A stretch of 64,000 nucleotides of DNA from Torpedo marmorata (lineage: Eukaryota). The position numbers were made by a program, and so were the translations under genes. The stretch's first letter is position 1. Every line of letters starts with the position of its first letter. The notes beneath the pieces are model-generated. The model was not told the DNA's origin and searched no databases. It worked only from the letters and a program-made list of their open reading frames with translations. This document shows, piece by piece, positions 36,822 through 48,715 of the stretch. The stretch lies in NCBI GenBank assembly GCA_977017645.1, contig OZ360226.1:124930001-124994000 (forward strand). Direction: 5' to 3'.

Positions 36822-37073
36822 CAGTTGAAAGCTTTCCACGTTTTGGCAGTGAGAATGGGAAGCTGACAGCCAGAACAAAATCTTGATCTTAATTGTTTAT
36901 AGGTATTGTTAGCTAATGCGGTATTTACTGACTGTACTTAGTTGCCCTTGAGATAATGATGATGATGTGTGGTTACCTGATCTGCCGCAGTCCCTCCGGT
37001 GTAAATAAGGAATAGAAACATCAAAGGTAGAAGCAGGTCTCGGCCATTTGTCTTTTCAAGCTTTTGGAATATA

Positions 37074-37641
37074 CCTTATACAGTATACTCGTGTAATCGT
37101 CGACTCTCCCCTTTTTTGGCCCAAAAATCGCGTTTTCCTTCTGACCCGTGTAAAAGTCGACCCCCCCCCCCCTATTTTTGGCCCTGACCGCCCACCCACC
37201 ATAGCTCCCAACACCCCAACCGTGGATCCTTGCCCCAGCCACCCACCCATCCGAGCTCCCGACGCCCTGACCACGAATGCTCGACCCGACTGCCCACCCA
37301 CCGGAGCTCCCGACACCCTGACCACGGACCCTCGCTTCCCCGCCCGCCTATCCAGCTCCCGACTCCCCGACTGCGGACCCTCACCCCGGCCACTCACCCA
37401 CCAGAGCTCTCGACGCCCCGGCCACAGACTCTCTCATAGGCCCCAGCCGCCCACCCATCCGAGCTCCCGACGCCCCGAACACAGACTTAGCACTCAGTCC
37501 CAGCCATCCGAGCACTCAACGCCTTGAACGGCGCAGGTACTTACCGCGGTCAAAAGTATGACCCGTGTAAAAGTCGACCCCCCCCAAATTTGACCTGAAA
37601 AATTGGTCCAAAAATCTCGACTATTACACGAGTATATACGG
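37074..37641. mobile_element. Tc1/mariner (Tc2/Kanga-like) MITE with GC-rich internal minisatellite
   Basis: Right end TCGACTATTACACGAGTATATACGG+TA. Left end is a degenerate TA+CC.TATA..TATACTCGTGTAATCGTCGA. Subterminal TGACCCGTGTAAAAGTCGACCCCCC occurs twice. Confidence 0.82.
37180..37525 (+). repeat. Degenerate ~50-bp GC-rich tandem repeat (CCCACCC...GAGCTCCCGACGCCC)
   Basis: About seven copies of the AGCTCCCGAC core. Confidence 0.8.
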
Positions 37642-38000
37642 TACTCTCATTGTATTGTTGGATGTGAAGCTCTAGAATTTAAAGCTGACAAAGATTTTTA
37701 AAAATATATTTTTCTGAGTCTGAACAAGGAGAATGTTTTGGTATGTTAACAAATATGTAATAAATTTTACCATATCGTATCATAGAGGAGGTGTTTCAAG
37801 TGAAAAACAGACTAATCAATTTTATAAATAGCAAAGAAAGCACAACTGAAGAAGCAGGAATTTTCCTGCCATTCTTTGGTTTTTATGTAATGCTAAGGGC
37901 AGAGGTGAAAATAGGGCGTGTTAAGACCTACATACAATGTTGACCTTCATTTTTAATGTATTGGATGCAGCTCAGTGAAGATTCATGACACTGATTCATG

Positions 38001-39341
38001 TGTTTCGTACCAGACAGCAGCGATCAGAAATGAGCCCAGACGGTGTTATATTTAAAAAATAATATTTTTAATTATTAATCAACAATTATATAACACCTAA
38101 TCTAATTTAACTAACTTATCTAAACTTAACTAAATTTATCTACACTTATCTAACTTAAACTCTTAACTATGCGCGAATATATTGGTGTGTGTGGAATACT
38201 CCAAACCACTACAGCTCAAGGTTCAATTCTCGGAAGGCAGTTCAAAGTTCAGTGTCGGAAATTCAGTGATGACACGTGGGCTTGAAATTGATGCGACACA
38301 CAGGCTTTAGATGGTTGAGGCACGCAGGCCTTAGATGAATGCGACACGCAGGCTGTAGATGGGTCAGACACGCAGGCCTTAGATGAAATGAGCAGTTCAT
38401 GAAGTGGGTGAAAAAGACCAGGGGTGACAGAACATTGATTAACTCACGAAACCCTTGTTCAGGTGCTTCAGCGAAATGTTCTTTTTAGACAAGTGCCAAC
38501 CAAAACTCCCCTCTTCTCTGGTGTGGGGGGACACGAAGCAAGTTTCCAGAACCCTTTTTGTGGGCAGCCGAACTCAAGTGACTCTTACTCTAGTCACCAT
38601 CCAAGCACAGTATTTCTTCTGCCTTCAGAACCCTTTTCATGGGTCAGCCAAACTCAAGTGACTCACTCTAGTCACCATCCAAGTGCAGTATTTCTTCTGC
38701 CTTCAGAATCCTTTTTGTGGGTCAGTCGAAGTGGTCTCTCATCCCTCTATACTAACAGGAGGGACTCTGACAGTTTGTCTATAACCACACAATGAGGCCA
38801 AGTGGGTTTTTCTTTCCCACAAGGAGGTCGAAGAGTTCCTTACTCTTGTGCTGCTTCCTTAAAATGGCCCCTTCAGAAGTGACTTTTCCTTTGCCACGAT
38901 GGGATTCAACAAGTCCCCTTTGGCCACAATGGGATTCAACAAGTCCCCTTTGGCCACGATGGGATTTAACAAGTCCCCTTTGGCCACAATGGGACTTAAC
39001 AAGTCCCCTTCAAAGTGACCTTTCCTTTGGCTACACGAAGCCACTTCAGCACAGTATAATTCAAAGTGCTGTTGCTCCTGTGTTACTCCCTTAAAATGGC
39101 CCCTGAGCAAACTGAGTACAGTGTCTGTAACACACTGGTCACATGGTCTCTGCCCCTGGCTTCTCCAGGGCTTCTTCCCTTCACTTTGCAAATGTATCAA
39201 TTTTTAGGAACACATTGTTCAAAGCCTGCTGCTAGTCTCACAGACTTTCCAAAGCTTCAGTTTTTTTAAAATCTTGGTTCTCCTTGCCAAAACCTGCAGG
39301 GCTGTGTAAGATCTATTCTCTTAAAGGGACAGTCCCACACA
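38001..39341. mobile_element. Probable solo LTR (~1.34 kb) inserted in an old CR1
   Basis: TG..CA ends. The flanks rejoin as CR1 RT C-terminal sequence. Related to 3862-5011 and carries three internal tandem arrays. Confidence 0.65.
38889..39010 (+). repeat. 30-bp tandem repeat x4
   Basis: TTTGGCCAC(A/G)ATGGGATTCAACAAGTCCCC units. Also ~30-bp GACACGCAGGCCTTAGATG units at 38270-38385 and a ~78-bp duplication at ~38547-38725. Confidence 0.9.
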
Positions 39342-39743
39342 AATGAAAATGAACTGAAAATATGAGCTGGCTGGGGCTGAATGTACTAGAGTTCAGAAGG
39401 ATGAGAAGCGATCTTATTTAAACATATTAAAATTGCAGGGGAATTGACAGGGTGAATGAAAAGAGGACAATTCCCCGATATTCCCAGTGGATAGTTGAGA
39501 ACAAGGGGGCATAGTTTCAGAATAAGGGGTCACCCATGTTGGACAGAAACAAGGGGAATTCATTCTTTCAGAGGGTGATAAAACTTTGGAATTTTCTACC
39601 TCAGAAAACTGTGGGGGTGGAGTCATTGAGTAATTCAAGGCAGAAATTGACAGACAATTGAAATACAAATGAGTCAAATGGTATGAGAACAAGAAAGTAG
39701 GGTTTAGACAACAGTTAGATGAGCCATGATATTATTGAAGGAT
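39342..39743 (+). mobile_element. Old CR1 3' region, begun at ~37960 and resuming at 44185-44225
   Basis: Degraded LGL..LEFRRMR.DL and RV...WN.LP motifs. The CR1 3' UTR is split by LTR element B. Confidence 0.7.
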
Positions 39744-42700
39744 TGTGGTGGAACGCGGTACTGCGGGCATGTCCTCACTACCTCACTGGGCTAACCTGTA
39801 GCCCCTCCCCATTACATCCCCTAATAAAGGCTGAGAGCCCTAGTCTCCTCCCCTATACCTGCCTTGGACGTGAGCCAGCAGCATGTAGAGGCATGCTCGA
39901 ACTTTCTGATCAATAAAGCCTTTGATCACATTCTTCGTGTCTGCGAGTGGTCATTGATCGCGCTACAATTGATCAGAATTTTAAGTGCCATGGAGAAGGC
40001 AATTAGACTGGAGAAGCTGGAGATCGATCAGAAGGAACCAGAGGCCTCCGTAAAGTTTCATATGTGGCTACATTGCTTGAAGGCCTACCTGAGGCGCCAC
40101 AATATCACAACCAACCCAGATAGGTACGATCTGCTCTTCGCAGCGGTGGGCCACAGAGCGTACCAAATTATTCGAGACTGCACCGAATATGAAGAGGCAA
40201 TAGCTCTACTTCGACAACAATACGGAGCCCCAGTGAATGCCATGTACGCTCGCTTCCAGCTGGGCTCCCGACGCCAGGGTCCCGGTGAGTCGGTCGACGA
40301 GTTCGTGAGGGCCATGCGGGAGCTGGAACGAGCCTGCGGGTGCCGGGACGTGAGTGCGGCGCGCTATCAGGAGGAGCTCAACCACGATGGGCTAGTCGCG
40401 GGCTTCCGCTCCCAGCACATAAGGGAGCAACTCCTGGAGAAAGGAGATCGGTCCCTCCAGGTAGTGGTGCAGATGGCCCGAGCGATGGAGACACTAAAAA
40501 GAACGCGGAGGCCACGCGGCCACCAGGTGGGTAGAACGGGTAGCACCATCTTGGGACTCAGGACCCCTGACTGCAGCGGCCACCGCCGACCACGCAAGGT
40601 GAAACTACTGCGGCCAAAGTAAACACCCGCGGAAGTACTGTCCAGCCCGTAGCGCGACCTGTTCGAACTGCCAGAGGAAAGGACACAGTGCCAGGGTATG
40701 TCGCTCCAAGCCTCACTCCAGCAGTGCCGCGTGCGGACCGTGACTCTCCTCGCCATCTTGGACCCACCCTCTTCCACCGTCATTTCCAGTTGCCGAGAAC
40801 CGAGCTTCCGGAACAGGGGCGCAACAAAGAGGGCTGACGTCACTTCCTGCTTTTCTCCCGACTCGACCGCGTGCGATCCATGGGGGCGGCCATCTTCACG
40901 ATCTCCCGGGCGGCCATCTTGGCAGCAGCCGCTCCAAAATAGCAGCAGTGACTCGGACAGTGAGCTGACGCTGGCGTCCATCGTGCTGGACCAAGGGAGA
41001 CCACACCAGCTGGGGCGATCGATGATGGACGTGGAAGTAAACAGTCACTCCACTGGCTGCCTGTTTGAAACGGGAAGCACTGAGAGCTTCATACACCCGG
41101 GCACTGCCAAGCGTTATTCCCTGACCGTGTCCCCAGCCAAAGGAAAGGTAGCACCAGCCTCCAAATCCCTCTCTGCGGAAATCCGTGGAAGCTGCACCGT
41201 GACCCTAACCATGGGGGGCACCAATTATAAGAATTTTAAACTGCTGGTAATGCCCCACCTCTGCACACCCGTCATATTGGAGCTAGATTTCCAGTGCCAG
41301 TTTAAAGGGTTGCTGATGCAGTTTGACGGGCCCCACCCCCCACTCACCGTCAGTAATAACCAGTACCGGGAGGCCCCGCCCATTCCCCAGAGGAGGCCCA
41401 ATCACACGATTGAAAGCCGGGCTGGGCACCCGACCTGCGGACTAACCACCCTCCGGGTCCCTCCACCCCCGCTGTTCCAAAACTTCACCCCGGACTGTAA
41501 ACCGATTGCCACTAAGAGCAGGCGATACAGCCCCGGGGACAGAAAATTCATTAAAACAGAAGTGGAGCGGCTGCGGGAGGAGGGCATTATACAGCCAAAC
41601 AATAGTCCCTAGAGGGCGCAAGTAGTGGTGGTGAAGAGTGGGGAGAAACATCGGATGGTTATTGATTACAGTCAGACCATCAACCGGTTCACCTTACTGG
41701 ACACCTACCCTTTGCCCCGCATATCGGATATGGTAAATGAGATCGCCAAGTACAGGGTCTTCTCGACCATAGACCTAAAAGCGGCGTACCACCAAATCCC
41801 GATTCACCCAAAAGACCGGCTGTACACGGTATTTGAGGCCAACGGCCGACTCTACCATTTCCTGCGGGTCCCATTTGGCCTCACGAATGGGGTGTCAGTG
41901 TTCCAAAGGGAAATGGACCGCATGGTGGATTACAATAAGCTGAAGGCGACGTTTCCATATCTCGACAATGTCACCATCTGCAGCCATGACCAAAAGGAAC
42001 AAGACGAGAACCTGCAGAGGTTCCTGGCCACTGCAAAGGCACTCAATCTCACGTATAATGAGAAAAAATGTGTCTTTAGCACCAAGAGGCTGGAAATCCT
42101 GGGGTACGTGGTGGAGCATGGTGCTATCGCCCCCGACCCCGTGTATGTGCCCCCTTCTGGAATTACCCTTGCCACAGAACCCCAAGGCTTTAAAAAGATG
42201 CCTGGGGCTCTTCTCCTATTATGCCCAGTGGATCCCTAACTATGCGGACAAGGCGCAACCTCTAGTGAGAACCACTACTTTTCCCCGTCGGCAGAGGCCC
42301 GTAAGGCTTTCGAGGGAATCAGAGGCGAGATTGCCAAGGTGGCAATGCAGGCCATTGATGAATCCGTCTCCTTCCAAGTGGAAAGTGATGCCTCTGATTT
42401 CGCCCTGGCCGCCACGCTGAACCAAGCAGGCAGGCCAGTTGCATTTTTTTCCCGTACTCTCCAAGGCCCTGAACGCAGGCACTCCGCCATTGAGAAGGAG
42501 GCACAGGCTATAGTGGAGGCAGTGCGTCACTGGAGGCACTACTTGGCCGGCAGACCATTCACCCTGCTCACGGACCAGAGAGCCATCACATTCATGTTTA
42601 ACAATAAACAGCGGGGTAAGATCAAAAATGACAAAATCATAAGGTGGAGAATTGAGCTGTCCACCTACAATTATGAAATATGGTACTGGCCGGGTAAGCT

Positions 42701-44179
42701 CAATGAGCCACCCGATGCCCTGTCCAGGGTGCAAGTTGATCGCCTCCAGGCCCTCCACGATAGCCTCTGCCATCCCGGGGTCACTAGGCTCTACCATTTT
42801 GTGAGGGCCCGTAACCTCCCCTACTCAGTGGAGGAAGTAAGGGAGCTGACTCGCAATTGCCAGGTCTGTGCCGAATGCAAGCCTCAATTTTGTAGACCGG
42901 ATAGAGCCCCTTCGAAGGTCTCAGCATGGACTTCAAGGGGCCCCTACCGTCCACGAATCGGAACTCCTACTTCCTGAACATCGTGGACGAGTACTCACGT
43001 TTCCCATTCACCATCTCCTGCCCGGATATGACCACATCCACGGTCATTAAAGCACTCCGCTCAGTATTCACTCTGTTCGGATACCCTAGTTACATTCATA
43101 GTGACCGGGGATCTGCTTTCATGAGTGAGGAGTTGCGGCAATACTTCCTTTCAAGGGGCATAGCTACGAGAAGAACCACCAGCTACAACCCCCGTGGGAA
43201 CGGGCAGGTGGAAACGGAGAATGGTACGATCTGGAGGGCAGTCCTTTTGGCCCTCAAGTCGAAAGGGATGCCCTTATCTCAGTGGCAAGAGGTCCTCCCA
43301 GATGAGCTGCATGCCACCAGGTCCCTACTCTGCACAGCCACCCCATGAAAAATTGTTCTCCTTACCTAGGAGATCAGCGTTGGGAACCACGCTGCCGGTC
43401 TGGCTGACGTCCCCAGGGCCGGTGCTTCTTTGGAAGCATGTTAGGACTCATAAGGCAGACCCACTGGTCGAGGAAGTGCATCTCTTGCATGCCAACCCCC
43501 CAGTATTGCGCTGGTAAGGTACCTGGACGGACGGGACGATACAGTGTCCATCCGGGACCTGGCGCGAGTGGGGGCCCCGGCACGGGAAGTGCTCCCGATA
43601 TCCACAGTCAGCGACCAGTCGGCCCCAGGGATCACCATGACAAATGAAATAGGGATCCAACTCCAAGATGGCCCCCCGAGTGTCCCCCTTCACTTGTGTG
43701 TTCCCCCCCACTCTTACCAACAAATTCACCACCCCCTACGGACCCGGGACACACGGAAACAGTTCAGCCCTCCGACAGCCCGCAGGTCGAACACGACACC
43801 GCTCAGCTAGATCCGAAGATACAGCCAGTACTTTGGAGATCTCAGCGCAAAAAAAAACCACCGGAGCGGCTGAATCTATGAGACTATGAACTGTATGGAC
43901 ATTGCCCCGCTTCACCCCGCCGGACTTCATTAAAAAAAGGAGGGGTGATTGTGGTGGAACGCGGTACTGCGGGCATGTCCGGGCATGTCCTCACTGGCTC
44001 ACTGGGCTAACCTGAAGCCCCTCCCCATTACATCCCCTAATAAAGGCTGAGAACCCTAGTGTCTTCCCCTTATACCTGCCTTGGACGTGAGCCAGCAGCA
44101 TGTAGAGGCAAGCTCGAACTTTCTGCTCAATAAAGCCTTTGATCACTTTCTCCCTGTCTGTGAGTGGTCATTGATTGCA
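39744..44179 (+). mobile_element. Ty3/Gypsy LTR retrotransposon B (same clade as A, YLDN RT), near full length
   Basis: LTRs at 39744-39967 and 43950-44179. 5-bp TSD AGGAT at 39739-39743 and 44180-44184. PPT AAAAAAAGGAGGGGTGAT. Domain order gag-PR-RT-RH-IN. Confidence 0.95.
39990..43881 (+). pseudogene. gag-pol of element B, frameshifted
   Basis: MEKAIRLEKLEID, RRQGPGESVDEF, CLFETGS, STIDLKAAYHQIPI, VPFGLTNG, FPYLDNVTI, SDASDFAL, TDQRA, integrase H..LCHPG..CQVC, MDFKGPLP, HSDRGSAF, GNGQVE, PPERLNL. Confidence 0.93.
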
Positions 44180-45100
44180 AGGATAGAGCAGGTTCAAGGG
44201 CTATATGGCTTACTTCTGCATATTTTTCTGCTTGTTAAGGTCATTTGTAAAGGTTTGTTCCTGTAGGAAGTGTTAATAGGACAATCGCTGTCTGTTTGCA
44301 CAGTAAATAATTGGCTTATAAGGCTAAGAGGAAAGTCCCAGAAAATAATTTTATTTCTGAGCTGCAAAATGTCTCCAAACTTCTGCTGTCAGTTTCCTTT
44401 ATATCTTTGACAGGAGACTCTAAACTTCACAAATTCCCTTTTCCTCATTATGGTCACATTGAAAATTTTGCTTCCAAAAAAAACCAGTTGTTATTGAAAC
44501 ACAAAAACACAAAAACTGCAGAAGCTGGAATTTTGAGCAAATAATGAGCTTCTGGAGAAACTCAGAGGGTAGAGTAACATGGGTAGAGGCAGGTTGACAT
44601 CCAGAAAACACTCATGTAAATGACTCCATGAATTTTCTGACCCTTTGCTTTTGTAGTCATCAATACATGACTCATCTTGTGACATTTGCTAAGCCCCATT
44701 AAGGCTATTTACACAAAGTAAAAATTAAATGTGCAAGACAGTTTTTGCTATTGACCTGTCATAACAGCAGATTTCTTTCACCATTGTTCTCAAACCGGGC
44801 ACCAGGCCACTTTGTTTGTTGGTTACATGGACGACTTTCATTTGAAATGATGAATACTCAGTTATTAACAATGAAATTCATACTGTGCCTAATAATGATT
44901 GATGGGTTTGGTTTGATATTTACTACAATTACTTTTAGTGAAAAGAATGAAAATGGTTCCGTATGTTTTCATCTTTAACATGGTACTTTTATGAAAGATT
45001 TATTTAATGACATAGAAAAAATAATTATTAATTCATGTCAGGAATACATTAATTAATGATTCCTACAATTTTTAACCTAGGATTAGAATTTTAAGCATAT

Positions 45101-46161
45101 TTTTACAGATGTAGCTTTAATAATTTTGTCCTTTATTGCAGGATCCTTATCTTTTCAACATTTTCTCAATCTGTCCTGCCACCAAGAGATGCACTCTTTC
45201 GGTCCTCTCTACTTCTTTCCCATCTATAGAATTATATTCTCCATATTATACTGTTTTTCGTTGTTCTTATCAACCATGCCCATGTCCTGATTATTGTTTT
45301 TTTTTGTAGGTAGATAACCTCTTTTTGTAAATCCAATAGCTATGGCACAATTTGAACCCTGGGTCATTTGAAAGAGGATAGATAGCTATGTGAATTAGAG
45401 TCAATGGTTACACATAAATGAGGCTATTTAAGCATATGCAGTAATTCTATGGACCATGTGCAGACAGATGGGATCAGTTTAAATTGGCATCATGGTCGGC
45501 ACAGACATTGTGCTCTACTATTTTACATTTTGTATTCCTATCTATCCAGATAACTTGGATGTGTGCTCATTTAAAATTGACCTGCTCTGTTAAGGGGATG
45601 CATGGACATTAGAGGCCCCAGCAAGAAACGTTTTAACATATTTTTAGGGCCAGGAGTCAGACAGTTCCACCAAGTTTCACAAGGAAATCTCAGGCCTAGA
45701 GTCACAACGCGGATCTCCTAACAAAGTCCAGCACACCTACAGGGTTACTTGTTGTAAGCAGGTGAATTATTTTGATTTTTCCCACCGACTCCCTAATGAA
45801 TTGGGTACAATTTAAATGACACTGTTGTCAAAGTACTTCTAGCCTCATTTATGGGTAACCATCCACTCTCTAATTCACATAGCTATCCTCCGAAAAATGG
45901 CCTAGAGTTCAAATTGGGCCATAGCTATTGGATTGACAAAAAGAGGTTAACTACACATTAAATAAAACAATAATCAGGACATGGGCATGGTTGATAAGAA
46001 AAGGAAAAGCAGTATAATATGGAGAGTATAATTCTAAAGATGGGGAGGAAGCAGAGAGAACCAAAAGAGTGCATCTCTTGGTGGCAGGACAGATTGAGAA
46101 AATGTTGAAAAGATAAGGATCCTGCAATAAAGGACAAAATTAATAAAGCTACATCTGTAAA
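45101..46161. repeat. Long inverted repeat (~270-bp arms at 45101-45369 and 45895-46161, ~525-bp spacer)
   Basis: TTTTACAGATGTAGCTTTA..GGATCCTTATCTTTTCAACATTTTCTCAATCTGTCCTGCCACCAAGAGATGCACTC is matched by its reverse complement, about 90% identical by eye. Confidence 0.9.
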
Positions 46162-46560
46162 ACATTTATTTGGCCACAACTGGAGAATTACTTTCTGAGC
46201 TGGACACCATGCTTTAGGCAGAATGTTAAGGCCTTAGATGATGTGCAGAAATAATTTATTAGAATCTCAGGTTCATGGAGTCAGTGGAGATGCTGGAATA
46301 ATTGATAGAGCAGCGAAGGATGAGAGATGTGTTGATAGAAATATTAAAAATAAAGAAGTAGACTGGATAAATGAAGACAAATGATTTTCCATACAGGAAG
46401 GGATGAGGACAAAAGGACACATTTTAAAGGTATTGGAATAAGAACGAAAGGCAACGTGGAAATATTTTCATTGTTATGATCTGGAGCTCAAGGCCAAAAT
46501 GCTGGTAGAAGCTGATTCAATCATGGGTTTCAAAAGGTTTTGGATAAATAAATGAAGGAA
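46050..46560 (+). mobile_element. Highly degraded CR1 3' part
   Basis: Remnants of RPQLE..W.P..R..V..L..VQ..F.R and TKGH..KV motifs. Confidence 0.6.
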
Positions 46561-47449
46561 AAAAATGACAGGGGTGACATGGTAAAACCCAGCACAGTCT
46601 CAATGGATGGATGACATGATTCCACAATAAGATATTAATCAAGTAGATATGGGGCTTTGCTTCATTAATATATAAAATGTGAGGCACTTATTTTGCAACC
46701 TGATGAAAAAAATGTTTCATAAGGTAACTGTATTCCATGACCTTCGTTAAAAGCCTTTTTTCCCTCGTGACATAAATCTGGAAAAATAAAGCTGTACTGT
46801 GGGACCTCTGAATGAAGGGTTTATGTGAACTATTTATGGATTGCAGTCTGCACTTGCTATTTGTTCTGACTGGGGTCATTTTTTCCTTCCCAAAAACAAG
46901 TTCTTTGTTAATAACATTTGATTGGTAAAGTAGATCTTCTCAACATTCCTGCCATAGTTCTAATGCTACATCATGTAGCCTGAATCCATGTGTTATGCAT
47001 ATTGAAGTATTAAAACAAAGTGCTTTTATGTTTGGATTCCTCAACTGCCACCATTATTTCCCCTTGAAAGATTCCTGAATAATTATTTTGTTCAAGGGAG
47101 CATAAAAATAGTTCAGCTGCCAACAACAAAAGTTGACTAAATTAATAATGTGCAATACCAAGCTCTAATCATTTAATTCATACTTCACACAAATGCTCAA
47201 CCCATGTGTGTGAACTAACCAAGAGACTGTTTTGACTTATCCAATTTCCCAGATAGAAGATTTCTTAGGTATTTCAAAAAATGTTTTTGCTTCATCTTAG
47301 TTATATTAGAAATGAACTTTGGAAAATTATAATACTTTAGTTGAGATTTCCATGAAAAAGGGCAGTTTGGACATATAGTGCTCACAATATTGTTAATGAT
47401 TTTCTTGCTCTTTATTAATGTTTTTTAAACATATGTATTTACAAGTTAT

Positions 47450-48715
47450 GGGAGTTGTTTAAGTCAAGCATTTATGCCTGTACCTGGTTGACCTTGAGAA
47501 AATTGTTAATGTCCTTTTTGACCTGCTGCCATCCATCTGGTGATCATACTTCCAGAGTTGAACAGTAGGGCCTTTACAGCATTTGGATTTATTGACAATG
47601 AAGAAACAATGTAATATTTCCAAGTCAGGATGGTGTGTGACATGGAGAGGAATCCGCAGGTGGTGTTCCCAAATTCTTGTTGACCTTGCCCTTGGCAATA
47701 GAGATTACAGGTTTGAGAAGTAGTCAGAGTAGTCTTGGTGAATAACTGCAGTGCATTGTGTGGAGAAACTTACTGCAGCCATTGTGCACCAGTGGTGGAG
47801 GGAAATAATGTTTAGGATGGTGGATGAGGTACCATTAAAGCTGGCTGGTTTGACCTGATAGTCATCAAGCTATATGATTTTGGAACCATACATTCAGGCA
47901 AGCGAAGTGTGTGTATCACAGTTTTGATTTGTACCATGCAGATGCAGGAAGGGATTTGTGATATCAGGAGATGAGTTACTCACCACTGGGTGCCAAGATT
48001 CTGATCTGTTCTTGTAGCTACTATATTTTGCTTACGCCTCCAGAAAAATAGTGATCACTGGAATGTTGATGGTAGGTGAGTTAGAGATGGTAATGCCATT
48101 GCATACATTGGGAGTGTGATTGTACTCTCTGTTGCTGGAAATAGTTATTGGCCGGCACTTTGTGGCATGATTATTAATTGCTTCCTATCATTCATACCTG
48201 TGTATTGCCTCGGTCTTGCTGCATTCAGGCATGGGCTGCTTCATTTGCTGCAGAGTTGCGGATGGAATTGAACATTGTGCAATAATCAGTGAACATCCCA
48301 CTTCTGACCTTATGATAAAAGGAAGGCCATTGATGAATCATCGGGAGATGATTGGTCCCAGGTCATTACCCCTGGGAACTCCTGCAGTGATGTCAGGAGC
48401 TGGGATGCTTTAACTCCAACAATCATGATTATCTTTCCTTATTTGAGATGCATCTCCAACCATTGCCATGTTTTCTACTTTATTGTCCTTGATTTCAGTT
48501 TTACCAGGCTTTACTGATATTATACTTGGTCAAATACTGGCTTGATGTCCAGGGCATTCTCTCTCAGCTCACCTCTGGAATCCATTTCTTTGGTACGTTG
48601 GGACCAATGAACTGATGCCAGGTGGTCTTGGTGAAACATAAGGTATGAATCAGTGTGCAAATCTTTAAGTGAGTAAGTGCTGTTTGGTGGCATTGTCAGC
48701 TACGCTTTGTATTCA
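47450..48715 (-). mobile_element. Old non-LTR retrotransposon remnant (ALDIK..FD and GVPQGS-like motifs)
   Basis: The minus strand gives ALDIKPVFDQV (~48530-48556) and AGVPRGNDLGP (~48355-48386). Similar to 11347-11585. Confidence 0.6.

Noticed and set aside
38889-39010. Regular 30-bp repeats resembling a CRISPR array
   Set aside because: The units are head-to-tail with no unique spacers, there are no cas genes, and the context is a eukaryotic LTR-like element.
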